A program made the translations under genes and the position numbers. The notes beneath the pieces were generated by a model. The model did not search any database. It saw only the letters and a list, made by a program, of their open reading frames with translations, and was not told the DNA's origin. 64,000 nucleotides of DNA from Lytechinus pictus (lineage: Eukaryota). The DNA lies in NCBI RefSeq assembly GCF_037042905.1, contig NC_087245.1, positions 6,078,001-6,142,000 on the forward strand, read 5' to 3'. This document shows, in pieces, positions 14,285 through 27,572 of the stretch (the stretch's first letter is position 1; each line of letters starts with the position of its first letter).

Positions 14285-15264
14285 CAGTGCGTATCAACAA
14301 AAGATTACACTTTGAAAAAATCCTGTAAAATTACACATTTGTGATATCCTGAAGATTGTTCCACATTTTAACATTGGTACAGATCCATTTAAACAAATTA
14401 CGATATAACTGTCGAAAAATATTTCCGCTTGAGTGAGCACCACTTACTTTTGAAAAGTTAGTGAAAAATGATTTGCGCAGAACTTTGAAATAGCTATGCA
14501 AATAAATATAGACCTTAATCATGAAGAACATGTGGAATTTAGCTATTAAAATTGATTTGAAGATATCTTTAACATTTTAAAACTTGTTTCCTTGCCAAAA
14601 CCACTTCGAAGATTCCATTGCACCCCAGCCCACTCCCCCGCACAACGAGGCCATCGAGACGTTATTTGCTTTACACTGAGCTGTGATTTACATGAAAAGG
14701 CTTATGCTTGATTTTCATGTAGTTAACCATTGTCAAGTTTAGGAAAAGTGTGGCGAAACCAGTATTAAATGAAAAATGAAATGTAAACCCACTTTAGATG
14801 ATAAAAACTTAGTGAAACAATGCTGGAGATGTCTGATATAAACTTTTGTTCAGATTCAGTTATGTCCTCAGATCCAGCTGGCACAAAAAGGGTAAAGATT
14901 GTGCTTACTAAATGTTAAAATCTAAATTTGGGTGGCAAAATTGTTACAAAATGCTTGAATGTATCCGTTTTATTTCAATTGACTATAAGTGCAATGGAAA
15001 TGTATGAGAAATGTTTCGCAGGGTAAGTTTGATTTCGCCCTTTCCCCTTGACACATTGTGAAAACGAGCATTTCTGCGCTAACAGATTTCTGCGAGCTTT
15101 ACAAAAAGGACAGTGCTCACTCAAGTGTAACATTCTGTCAAAACTTTTACTTTCATTGAATAGATGAGACCCAAACCCAAGATTATAAGGAAAAAATTAT
15201 CACATATTGTATATTTTTTCATTCCCAGGGCTTTTTCAAAGTGTAAACTTTTTGATACGCACTG
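14285..15264. mobile_element. Non-autonomous Tc1/mariner-type element, 980 bp
   Basis: TIRs CAGTGCGTATCAA...TTACACTTTGAAAAA / TTTTTCAAAGTGTAAA...TTGATACGCACTG, with TA on both sides (14283-84, 15265-66). Confidence 0.85.
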
Positions 15265-16693
15265 TAGAGTCATATCTATAAGCAACCATTTCTCTGTATT
15301 CACAGTCGATTTTTTTTCTCAACCGAAAATAATGTTCAATATCATTTTTTTAACAATACAAGTGCTGGAATTCCTGTGGTATTTTATATTTTAAAAAATG
15401 GGATTTATTTTTTTCTTCACAAACGGAATTTGTGTTATCATAATTTCAATTTCTTGATATTAACAGAATGGCTTTATGCGATAAACCGATGGGAATTTTC
15501 GATATCAAGAATTTCATTCATGCACTAATTTCATTTCGCGATAACAAAAATTCATATTTCAGAAGAATTTCCTTGTATTACACCCAATGTGGCTACCTGT
15601 TGTAAAGGTGCGGCAACATCTTGACAAGTATAATTGGGCGAGGCCAGACGTTGTCATGGTTATAGCTTTATCAGTATTGGTCATTATCTTATGAGTGTGT
15701 GTGTGTGGCCCTTATGGGGGCTAGAGGGAGGGGGAAGTGGCTCATGTTGGTCTTGACGGGAATGTGACGCAGTTAAGACACCAAAATTAATTCTTCAGAA
15801 ACGTATCATGTAACGCTGAGAAGTATATTAATATCAGCTAGGTAGAAATACTATACCTAATGTCCTACAGAATAATTTCATAAGGTTTGCTTTCATATTT
15901 TAACACTACTTACCTAAAAATCTAAGGGTATTTTTTAGCAAAAATTTATTTCTCGCAGGACCCAAAATATGGAATTCTCTTGATAAAAAATAATTCATAT
16001 TTCTTAAGACCATTTGTGGATAGGGGTACCGAGACTGTTAGATACTTTCAAAATACAAATATCGAATAGAAAGGTCCCACAATACTCTTAATTTAAGAGG
16101 CAAATACCACACCCGGACACCCCCCCCCCCCTCAGTATTCAGAAAACACTCTTTTAGCATTGTTTTCCCAAAATGGACTTTTAACAAGAGGGCTTGCAAT
16201 GAAGTTTAGCAAAGGGTGGATCCGCATATATTGGTTAATCAACGAGTCACGTCTCAAAACAAGTCTGAATCAAATGTGTATTGATGGAGTTGTAGAAGTG
16301 GAATAAATAAACAGTATAATAAGAGACAAAAAATGAGATTCAAGGCCAACTACGACCAATATGTCGAATATGATTGATGCAATGTTCCACCCCTTTTTTT
16401 TTCTTTGGTAGAAAGCTGGTTCATATTCCATTCAAAACATCACAAAAGAGCTGAAGGGATGCATGCATAATGCGTTAAAACCTTGTACGTCATTCAATAC
16501 AATAATATTTGTGTGAGAATTTAGGAGATGGACCTCAATCACAGACTGGCGGAAAGGAAGGAAAGGTAAAATTTTATACTGTTTTAAGACAAAAACATTT
16601 TATAATTCATATTAAATTTTGCAATAACATGAAAATAATTAATTATTGAAAACTACTTAAATCACCCCCACCTCGCACCCAGAATTCTTGGGT

Positions 16694-17033
16694 GGAAGAG
16701 CCGTGGTGTAGTGGTTCTGACTCTCGCCTTGTAAACAGAGGGTCGTGTGTTCGAATACCACAGCGGTCTAGCGTCCTTTGGCAAGGCGTTAATCCACACT
16801 TTGCCACTCTCGACCCAGGTGCTAAATGGGTATCCGGTAGGATGCGAAAGATATTGTATGTTTGATTTTGCCAGCGCCATAATGAGGCTGCGATGAATGC
16901 AAGGAATGCTCCCCAGGGAGTGGAAATTGTGCACTTTTCGTGCGGGATTAAAAATTGAATCCAATGACCGGGGTAATAATATGCTGTAACGCGCTTTGAG
17001 CCATTCTGGGAAAAGCGCTTTATAAAAATTGGC

Positions 17034-17064
<31 letters not shown>
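16694..17064 (+). mobile_element. tRNA-derived SINE with L2-type tail
   Basis: A-box TGGTGTAGTGG and B-box GTTCGAATAC. Central CCCAGGTGCTAAATGGGTA. Tail GCGCTTTGAG...AAAGCGCTTTATAAA followed by (ATT)n. Confidence 0.85.
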
Positions 17065-17071
<7 letters not shown>

Positions 17072-18082
17072 TCCTACCCAACTTGTATTATTTTGTGCAC
17101 TTTATCCACATTTATACACACACCTCATCACTAAACATACTAATGACATTTTATCGACTGTTTTTTACCGGGACGCAAGTTCATATTATCAATTATATTG
17201 TCAGCAATAGGCCTATTTCCTTTTCTTATGCAGTGACATCTCAGTTGGATGAATCTTCAAAAATGATTAGGATGACAAGTCTCTGTTTTAGTATATTTGA
17301 ATAACATCTTAACTCAAATATTGACAGGTTGTTTTTATCAGCAAGCACTTAAATTTCCATTTTGCTATAATTTTCATTTAGCGCCTATAATTTTCATTTT
17401 TGCGTATCGCTGTTACATTTTAATCGGTGCAATGCAATAACTTGAAAAAAGACATTTAATTCATTCGTTTCATCAAAGCGAATCACGAATGTTGGAGGAA
17501 AGTATGACAATAAATCAGGTGCCATGAAAATCAAATTGGAGTAATCATGTTAATGGGTACCAAATTTATAAACAAATAAATAAAATAAATAAAAACGTGG
17601 ATATCTGCTTTAAAAGAAATTAGAAAAATAGCAACTGTTTAACTGATTAAGAAAAATGTCTTAATAATTATCTTTGTTTATTCATTCTATTGAGCCATGA
17701 TTATGTTTCATGTAGCACATAATAGGATCGCAATATGAATGTTACTTAACAAAATAGAGGGCGTGATGGATTTAATACTAACATGCCCATATAGAGTGAT
17801 TTCATAATTATTTGCTTTGGTATGTTTAGTCGGCAAACATTAATAAAATTATTTTTTTACATGTTTGTGATAGTGACGTTCTTGATTAAATAGTGTCTGA
17901 TGTTCAAGAACAAAATATCGCGATCAGTTTTCGTCTCTAAGATGGTTGACATTCAAGGAAAAAGAATTTAATTTTTAGAAACACAAAGTCGGCATCGCGG
18001 AGTTGAGCAGGACATGCGTGTTTAAGGGTGCGTGTAGGTGTATGTGGTTCTTTTTTTCACACAAGTATTTATCATTTATAAT

Positions 18083-18206
18083 TGTTTACGTCGGGGAACG
18101 ACCTTTAACGTCACCATCCGAAATACATGACCAGGGCTCAAACCACACATCAATTTGTAACTTCCCAACATAGCTTGGATAACTGGCGCACGTCACAACT
18201 CTTAAC
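18083..18206 (-). mobile_element. SINE-like fragment (second copy at ~50947-51045, +)
   Basis: Shares ATCCAAGCTATGT-GGGAAGTTACAAATTGATG with 50971-51004 and has a degenerate B-box. Confidence 0.55.
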
Positions 18207-19079
18207 GCACAGGAAGACAGAATCAAAGCATTCTCGAGTCAAGATGAATTAACAAACTGAAACAAGTATTCTGATTTCATTTTAAATAATTTATTGTCCA
18301 ATACAGCAGTATTTTATCATAAATTACATCGTACAAAGTATATTCAAAATCACGAAGAAAACGAGAAGTAAAGAGTGAAAGGTATTAATTCACCGTAGTT
18401 ATTGCATACAAATATGTTTTTCCAATGTCGCCTTGAAAAATACACACTTTTTTCAATGATAAAAACGGATTTTTAGCAGTTTGGATTTGAGCCTACAATC
18501 AAAACTTGCAGATTAGAAAACTCGGAATAGCATTAAGTGTATTTTTCTTTAGCTCAAGTATGAAAGCGATAGAGGTATACAGTGATATTTAGGCCCCTTC
18601 GAAAAATATTACTCATCACCTCAAAGAAATTATAGCCTGCACGATTAAACACTTGATTAGATGGCAAAATAGGAAATCGAACAACAATATTATAATACCA
18701 GAGACATGACCAGCATTTCGGCCCCCCAAAAATGCCATTTATGACATTGATAGATATTTATTTACGCAGTGTTTTTTCTGTATAGGTATGAGTTAATCAT
18801 GTCAAGACGTTATAACGTTTATTAACGAGGTTGGTTGTTCTATCGTATTATAAAGTCAGGTCAATTCAATTCAAATAAACATTTATTTTCTTCCATTTCA
18901 TTACATTTTTCGTATTGTAATTCATACAAAAATCAACTTGTTAGGAAGAATATAAATATTGTATACATGTTATGTTTAAAGAAGAAGGCGTATACCCTAA
19001 AGCTGAGGCTTGTGGCGGGAAACGCCTGTAGACAAAAATACAAGCGAGACAGGTAAGCATGATTACACAAATTTGCTTA

Positions 19080-19348
19080 TAATGTCCCTTTTTTAGGTAT
19101 GAATATCAAAAATTTTCAGCTCGCGCTCCGTGCTCGCATTATTTGATCAGTGTGATACATATCCGTTTAATTGCACTAACCTTAAAATGCCTCTACCTGG
19201 CAACTGAGCGCGCTTTGCGCGCTCACTAATACCGTGTTTACATGTGATGATCGGCTTTCGGTTCTGAACCAAAAGCCGATCACATGTAAACACGGTATTT
19301 TTGCTGGTGCCCCCCCCCCCCTATGCCGTGACCCACGGTACGCCACTA
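19080..19348 (-). mobile_element. Terminal fragment of the hAT-like family seen at 47818, carrying a palindromic insert at 19228-19299
   Basis: The reverse complement begins TAGTGGCGTACCGTGGGTCACGGC, matching the start of the 47818 element. Confidence 0.7.
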
Positions 19349-19559
19349 GACCCTAAGTCAATTGGCATTCCACATAGTTGTAGCTTTGCGAAGTATACCC
19401 TATATCAACGACACTTTATTTCTGAGCCCCATATTGGATTTTGGATCCGAAGATTATGGCAGGATCATTCTACATTACATTTGCTGAAAATAATAAATTC
19501 TCAGATATAGTACACTAAATCGTTCGTAATACTGGCAGAATTACAAACGTAACCACATA

Positions 19560-19784
19560 CACTCTAAAAACAAATCAGTCAAAAATGACTAGTTAATAGG
19601 GTCAGCTGGGTGCAACTGTTATTCTAGTCATGTTTGACTATTAATTTTTCTAGTCGTATTTTACTAGAACATAGCTATTTCTGACTAGAAAATATGTCAA
19701 AAATATTATTATCAGTGATTATCATATCAGTTGCACCCAGTTGACTATTGGTTTAGTAAATATGACTGATTTGTTTTAAGAGTG
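19560..19784. mobile_element. MITE with CACTCTAAAAACAAATCAGTCA TIRs and TA flanks
   Basis: TA|CACTCTAAAAACAAATCAGTCA ... TGACTGATTTGTTTTAAGAGTG|TA. Confidence 0.85.
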
Positions 19785-20352
19785 TAGTAAACTCGGTTGA
19801 TTTGCTATCTTACTTCTTGATGTGAACTGCTGGACTGCTGGACTAAACTGGACTAAACTGGGTTTACTGGGTGTATTTTTCTTGGAAATTTTACCTTTTG
19901 GACACTTCTTACCGTAATTTTGCCAATATGTTATATTTTAACTGGATTATAAATACCTAGGAGGGACTTTGCAGGTAACTATATTGCTTATTCGTTGAGA
20001 AATATTGGTGAACTTTGTCTGCTATGTGCACAGGATTGCTCTCCACATTTTTGGTACAGTCCCATGTACTTACCTTAATGTCTTGCTATGATTAAAGTGT
20101 ACACAGAGACCTAGCTAATGTATGTAGCACTAAAGGACTGACCTGGATTTTCAGTCGTTCATATCTACTCGAGCAGTAAATGACTCCTTCAATCCTGATT
20201 GTTATTGATTGCATTATACAGTTGACTCCTATTGACCTGTCTGGTATTCATTGAATGGTCTATTCACCTCTACTACTCTAGACTATAGACTAAACCTTGA
20301 TCGAACTTAGCCTTTGAACTAGTCTTTAAACTGGTAGTTTAACCCATCAACT

Positions 20353-21403
20353 ATGACATCTCCCAGCGTTAGAACTAGACAGGCTTCCAAGGAAAAATCC
20401 AACACTCAGAGTTTAGTGACATCTGTTATTAAAGACATTTTGTTGGATAAAACTTTTCTTGCTCTTGTTGAGAGTCCACACGGGTCGTGTGGTCCAGTGG
20501 TTAGAGCATTGGACTCATAATCGCAAGGTCGTGAGTTCGAATCCCAACTCTGCCATTGTCTCCACTTTGATAAAAAGGCCCAAGAGTGATATCTGTCGTC
20601 TATTACGTCAGCCACTATGACTGATTAACCTAGACGTAAAATGTTTCCAAAGTAATTGGTTATATACCAGCTTGGCGTTTACCAGCAAAAAATGCTGTCC
20701 TGCCGAGTTCCTACGGGAGTTACCACAAACAGAGAGTCAGGTTTCTAAACAACTATCTGAACTACGTACTGAGGGAGAGAAACAGGAGTCAAGGTTATTT
20801 GATCTTGAGGTCAAAGTCGAACGATACACCCATGATATGAACGACATGAAATCCTTGATAGAAACCCAGAAATCAAGTATCAAGAAGCTACAACATGCCC
20901 AGGAACAATATTCTCGCAGAAATTGCCTTCGGTTCTTTGGCTTTCATGAGTCTCCCCAAGAAGATACAGATGACATCATCATGAAGCTCGCTTCTGAAGT
21001 TCTTGGAGTTCAGCTGGCGAGGAACGACATCGAGAGGAGCCACAGGATTACTTCAAGAACTAAATCATTAAGATCTGGAGTGGCTGAAAGCACAGAAAGA
21101 TCCCATCCTCCACGACAGATAATTGCCAAGTTTGCCTCGTACAGGACCCGCCAGATGATTCTTAGGCAACGTCGGAAGCTCGCTGGAAAGGGGCAGTCGA
21201 TTCAGGAAGATCTGACTGCTCAAAATGCACAACTTCTCCATGCTGCTAAGACATCTAAGGTAGTGGAAACTGCTTGGTCAGTGGATGGACGAATCTTTGT
21301 ACTTGTGTCAAATGGTACCACCAAAAAGAAACATCTAATAAAGAACAAAACTGAACTTGAGCAGCTCATTGAACTCAACGCACACTTATCCAGGCTTACT
21401 TGA
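20353..21403 (+). pseudogene. LINE ORF1p (coiled coil + RRM-type), 262 aa when the SINE is removed
   Basis: Joining 20353-20469 to 20732-21403 is in frame (MTSPSVRTRQ...LALVESQVSKQLSELR...). Motifs RRNCLRFFG, DIERSHR, PRQIIAKF, IQEDLT and WSVDGRI are typical of L1/L2/CR1-type ORF1. Confidence 0.85.
20477..20731 (+). mobile_element. tRNA(Met-like)-derived SINE inserted in ORF1, 7-bp TSD
   Basis: GAGAGTC is duplicated at 20470-20476 and 20732-20738. The head GGGTCGTGTGGTCCAGTGGTTAGAGC...CTCATAA...GTTCGAATCCC has A and B boxes. Confidence 0.9.
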
Positions 21404-21640
21404 AACAAACTTTGCCTGCATTGACTCACCTCTAAAGCTTACTACACTGTTTTTACTGTTGAAGTCTAAAACTGTTATTGATTTGTTGTACTTTGATTGT
21501 TAAGTTTTTTTTGTTTGTTTTTTACACTCTCTGCAGCTCCCCACCCTCCCCCGATTTCAATTTTTTTTCTCTCTGTCTATAGAGTATTTCTTTCCCATGT
21601 ATTTGATTGTATTTGTATTCCTTGTTATTGAACGCTTTTT

Positions 21641-21878
21641 ATGATTAGTAATTTATTCACCTGCAGTAACTGTTCCAAACCTCAATCTCATCATGAAAAT
21701 GCATTTTGTGATTCCTGCAATACTATATTATTCCCTTTTAACCATTATGTAAGCAATGAAGAATTTGTTTTCTCAATTTTTACTTTCTTTCATTTAGATA
21801 AGTCTATCGATGAGGACAATTTTCATGCCTTGGCTATTAATCCTTTTACTTTGAATGAATCTGAGAATGACTATAATG
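21641..21878 (+). pseudogene. LINE ORF2, 5' part (before the 8.86-kb insertion)
   Basis: MISNLFTCSNC...CDSC...LFPFN...ENDYN joins in frame to 30739 once the insertion is removed. Confidence 0.85.
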
Positions 21879-22160
21879 TATTTTAAAGACGACTCGGCGA
21901 TTTAAAATGATTTATTAGTCGGTGAACAATGCCAGGTCATGAAGGTATTTGTAATTTGGAATGGCGCGGTTGACGAGGTGATACGTCACAATGGCGCGCC
22001 AGCCTGTTTGGTTTATGCCCACAATGACAATAATTTGTACTGGGCGCAAGGAGCGCGCATGTTTTGGCGCGCGCGCCTAGGTGTGAAGGCGCGAAAAATC
22101 CTTCATTTTAGTCTTGGCTTTCAACGGAGATGAACGTCCAAAATATTCGCTTGTAATTTT
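21873..22160 (+). repeat. Split direct repeat A1 (288 bp, CpG-rich)
   Basis: Identical by eye to 29160-29447 (offset 7287). The ORF track shows the same 64-aa spurious ORF in both copies. Confidence 0.95.
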
Positions 22161-25100
22161 TCTTACGACCTTGCATTTTTGAAGACGTCGTAATCTACAA
22201 AGAGCAACGAAATCTACAAGAATTTTTTGTTGAAACCATCATCGATCGGGACTCACAACAATTTCGCTTATGAAGCTGAAAATGCAGTCCGAATTACTTG
22301 ATGATACTCTATTTCTTGCCTGGCCTAACATTAACAACAACTCGTCTGCTTTGACTTTGAACCAAGTTTAATACGACGGGGAGCGACTGTATCGATTACA
22401 GCAGTCAGCAGATCGGCTGGGCCCTAACTTTTGAGCTGTTTGGTTTCAGCAACGATGGGACGAATGATGAGAATGTGACTCAAGCTGCTAGGTGGAATTC
22501 AGTTCATTCGGCTTTTCATAAGCCTGGAATTTTTATTGAGTCTGAGAGTCTTGTCGTTAACGTGCAGGATTTGGGACTGGCAACAGCCAACCCAGCCAAC
22601 AAAACATTTGAGCACGGACCCTGGCACAAGGTTAGAGACTAGGCCTAAGTTAGGCCTACATTGGCAACAAAATCATGCATAAGTTAGACATTGTCGGCGA
22701 CGCCATGATACAGTAGACTATGATTCATCATGATCACCCAATGATATGACTATGACTATGAGTATTTAATGTTTGTCGGAAGTCAGAGGTCCTACTCCTG
22801 AGTCCGAGCTCTCGAGTCTGCTTGTGGGAGGTGAGGCGACGGTCTGGATTGGCAGACGGAACGGGGAACGGGGTACTCGTGGTCGGTACCACTACCAGAG
22901 AATTCACAAGTTTCAGTCTCTACAAGACCTAGCCTATCCGGTGAGTACGAAGCAGGAATAGATCTAGGCTAGACTCAGTCTAGATTTAGGTCTACGGTTT
23001 AGTGTCAAATAGTATCCTAGGCCTAGGCCTAGTAGGTCTACGTTAGGCCTAACGTTAAGCCTAGTATACTGTAGTGCTAACTTAGAGTAGAAGTTAGGCT
23101 TAAATGAATCGTAGAAGAGGCCTGCTTTGTAACGAGCAGGTAGGCCTGTCTAGGCCTGGCTTTAGATTTCGAACAAAATCATGTTCTTATTGGTCAGGAG
23201 TTAATAGGCTCTGAGTCCTTTTCATTTCAATTTCATGGCCCGTCAACCCCCCCCCCCCCCCGGTTTTCACGTTAGAACGCGAAGATCCTATTACCAACCA
23301 TAGGCCAGGCATAAGACTAGTTAAGGTAGTCAGGCAAACATGGTTCGATGGGGGGGGGGGGCTATTTGGCTTGTCAACACAATGTTTAGATTTGAATGTA
23401 GGTCATATGTCAAGCCATAATAAGACATAGCTTGGACTTGGCCTGGAATTAATTTTAATTTGGTCCAAGCGGTTTATACGATCATGATGGAAAAGGGAGG
23501 GGTTGTCGTCATAATTCAAACACGGGCCTAGCTAGGCCTGTTCCTACTTGACGACTTGTTTTAGTGTCTGAACTAGGTCACTAGGTGTGTCATGGTGATT
23601 TTTAAAAAGAGTTCAACAATTTTATTAACGTTAATTACCGTATCGTATTAGGTGTAGGCCCTAGTTCATGGCTGTGGTTAATATGGATGTAAATACATTT
23701 TCACAGCCGGTGGTTTGGAAATTGGGGTTAGTCTCCTCAGTATATGACTACATTGAGGTTCTAAAGCTTCGGCCAGAATCGATGTATATTTTCGATGGAA
23801 AATCAAAGAAAAATGAAGTCTATAGAGGCCGATATGAAATTGGTTCTAGCAGCCATTATTTACAGCTTATTCTAGGCCTAGTGATGGGCTAGGCTAAGAT
23901 GTATTTAAGACCATGATTAATTTTAAGCCGCCGTTTTTGGCAAAAATGGTGAGAATAGCAGAGGGTCTACTAGTGATTGGCAAAAAGTTCGAACTTTTTC
24001 GGTGCTGATAAATAACTGAGTGAGAAATGTCACTTTGTCTTTGTTATAAATTTACAAGTAGTCTACTACTAGTACAGGTACTCGGACTACAATTTAATGG
24101 TGACACCACAGAGGAAATTAGGCTAAGTCCAACGTTAGATCTACTAACAGTAGACGCGGTTTTACATGTCTGTTTTGGGGATAAATCAGCTGGTTCAGTT
24201 AGGCCTATAAAAGTAGTATTTGACCTCTGTGACTTTTTCTGGATATGGGCCAGCATGAGCTGTGTTCTCGGTCTAAAAATTATGTGGATAGACCGGTGGT
24301 GGAAGAGCTTATACTAGATATGTATACGTCTACTCAGTTTTTAAATGAACATCTACAGACTGCGACGGGCATGATATTATTGTTGAATCAGTCACTTGAA
24401 AAGTAGCGGATGTGGCTTAGCATTATGACATGCGATTGTATGGATTTCTTACAGTCTTTTAAAGGAAAATAACTAGAGTTTAAAGTATTGAAAATAATAC
24501 TATTTATTGCTGATGTTGATGATACAGTGTGATAATGATTATACATTAAATATAAATACCTCCACCTTGCACCAAGCAGTTCTGTTTATACATTTACGCC
24601 TTGAAACGGGTTGGTTTTTGGAATTCACTTTGCATGAATTGAATGCCGATGCTTGGTGGAAATGTGAGCTTCACATTTCGAGGAAACATGGTACACGTAA
24701 AAGTGGACTTACCATGCACATAATAGTCGGATGTAATTTCAAACTAGCTTGGAATCCCCAAATTAGTTTAGATTGAAGTCAAGTGGTCAACGAGCAGTTT
24801 GTTATAATATTATAGGCCTCCCAATAAGAAACCTTTATGTAATAGGAGTCGTTTATGTGCGATGATTTTGTGTGGATTTTATTTTGTGTAAAAAAAAAAA
24901 AGTAGAAATGCTTAGGCCCTATTGGAATTGAATTTAATTACTGGTTGTTATATAGCGCTTTATATCAACCTCGAAGTCGAACTGCTCAAAGCGCTTCACA
25001 ATTGAACCTAGTTGCACCTCATGGTTCAAGGTATTTATCAAATAGGCCTATTTGGCTGGTCAATGATTTGAACTGAGATAATATCATTTTAAAAAGAATG

Positions 25101-26739
25101 ATAATTATGTAATTATGTAAATGGGCATGTGTGGGAAAGTCTGAAATCTTGTAGATGCACCATGCTGTCACCCCCCCCCCCCTTTGCTTTCGGGGGACAC
25201 AATACGGATGCCTTTAATGCAATGAGCCATGTAGGTAAACTGGCCAATCAAACGAAATTTACCGATTGCACAATCAGGAACCAGGTTACAAAAGTACATC
25301 TTCTTTTTTGGAATTGTACAGCGTGTGAAATATTTTGTTGGTGGCCCGTTGAGTATGAAAATGTTTCCAATGGGCTGGATGCAATAATTTGGCTCGATTA
25401 TTTCTGCAGTGATATGAGGTAAACTGAATACTGATATAATAATGATAATATATTTCAAAATAATACAAGTTATAGTCATTTGGAACAGATTATTTGAAGC
25501 TTAATCTGGTTTTGAAATATATTCTAAGTTGCGACACGCACATGTATGCAGATGATATTGCATCGCTGGTTGGGGTTGTACTGTAGGGAATTGGAAAATT
25601 AAAGTTAAAAATGAAACATAAGGAGCAGGACTACTGATTATTCCGTGAAGGCGGTTTTCAGATGTTTCGGGAAGCTGCTCCTTTCGTGTTAAGCTCATAA
25701 TTGAGTGATAAATTGAAAGGGAAAGCAGAGGGACAAACCCGTTTTGGTACGAGATACAGATTTAGGTGTTCTGCCCAGGCTTTTTTCTTGTTTTCTTTTG
25801 CAGAGCCGGCTCTTTGGATAAAATGGATTCAAGCTGACTACTGCGAGGCAAGGTAGGCTGGCAGGAAAGTTTGATGACAATCGGACCTACTATAGTATAA
25901 CCTAGAACGCTCCAAGTCTGGCTGCCAAAGAGTTTCCCTTTGGTTGGATCTAGTTCCTGACCAGATAGCCTAGAGTCCATGGTAATGGATGTCAATTGTG
26001 GCGTTAATACGCTCTTGTAATAAATAGAAATGAACTGGGTATAGCCTGAGAACTATGCTGCCGGAAATTACCCTAATTGGAGCAGTGGTCAACGTCTTCA
26101 TCTTCATATTAATAATTTACCGACAGGTGTGGATTTATAATACGTAGTCCAAGGAATAGAGGTTTTCTTCAGTAAAAAAAACTGGTGAACAAACATCTTA
26201 GCCTTCAAGGAACAGTATTGCAGCAGGGAAAACAATTTCATGTTTGAAACATCATGATACAGTGGGCTATCTTGAATAATGAGTCCATGATATGAGGATG
26301 AGTTCATTATGATTTCATTTTCAGACTTTTTATGAGGTCCTCCATATTGTTCACTTGGAAGGGATTGGAACTTGAACATATGAAGAAAGCCCTTTGCCTC
26401 TTTGTGCTTTTGCCAACAAGAATGTAACATATTGTTCAGGACAAATATATATATATGTGCATGTATAAATGTATAAGGCACTTCAATTTTATTCATTATC
26501 CTTTGAAGGACTACTCGTCGGATGTTATTTTAATTTTGAAATAAACAATTATTTCATGGATGTGGTGAAGATGATAAGACAAAAAGTCAGTCATGTTTTA
26601 CGTCGATATGTGAATACATAATCGAAAAATGAAACATCCCCGGTAAAATTCCAGTTTATGTTCACTGGTTCTTAGTTTAGCTGCATGAGGGGTGTAGCTC
26701 TATAAACGGAGTAGTTCTGACGGGAAGGGTTCATGTTCA

Positions 26740-27572
26740 AATTGGTTTTAGTGCCTTCAATTATCATGGTTATACTCTATTGGTTATATGGGGTTATTCT
26801 GTGGATGTTACTCTAGTTTTCAGTTTCAGTTTTTATTTTATCTCATTTCCAACAGAACAGTTTTCAAAATCCATTATAACTCAGGAATGGTATGATGTCT
26901 GTTTGTTGGCATTAAGAGTGAGGTGACTAACTAAATGCTGTGGTTGGATTTTAATTGATCGATTGTCCACAATTGAATCATATGGGTGCATGGAGTTAAG
27001 TCATGCACTGTTATAATTATATGGCAAATGGGACAACAAGAAAGTGGCAGTACCTCAGTGCGGCATGCATTGTTGGTTTAGCTATGTTGGGATGCTAGTA
27101 CGTGTTAACTATATGGTCAAACTGATGGCTTTCGGCCATCTAATTGGTTTTAGTGCCTTCAGTTATCATGGTTATACCCCATTGGTTATATGGGGTTGTT
27201 CTGTGGATGTTACTCAAGTTTTCAGTTTCAGATTTTATCTTATCTCAGTTCCAACAGAACAGTACCGGTATATCAAATCAAAAATAAATACTAATAATGA
27301 AAAAATGAATAAAATAAAGTATGGTATGTACCGTATTTGTTGGAATTAAGTGTGAAGTGACTAGCTAAATGCCGTGTTTGGTTTTTATCGATCGATTGTC
27401 CACAATTGAATTATTTGTGTGCATAGGGTTAGATTATGCACTGTTATACATGTATGGCAAATGGGACAACAAGACAGAGGCAGTACCTCAGTGCGGCATG
27501 CATTGCTAGTTTAGCAATGTTGGGATGCCAGTATTTGTTAATTATATGGTCAAGCTGAAGGCGTTCAGCCAC
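26740..27572 (+). repeat. Diverged ~400-430-bp tandem duplication inside the SDR element
   Basis: AATTGGTTTTAGTGCCTTCA...GGCAGTACCTCAGTGCGGCATGCATTG... starts at both 26740 and 27142. Confidence 0.85.

Noticed and set aside
20481..20556. Possible genuine tRNA-Met gene
   Set aside because: The stems are imperfect and it is the head of a 255-bp insert with a TSD, so it is a SINE.
20672..20731. N-terminus of the 243-aa ORF (MAFTSKKCCPAEF...)
   Set aside because: It derives from the SINE tail. The real ORF1 start is at 20353.
21939..22133. Identical 64-aa ORF at 21939-22133 and 29226-29420
   Set aside because: It is a by-product of the duplicated A repeat. There is no domain or coding signal.
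26104..26496. 130-aa minus-strand ORF inside the SDR element
   Set aside because: No gag, RT, RNase H or YR motif was recognised, and a non-coding origin cannot be excluded.
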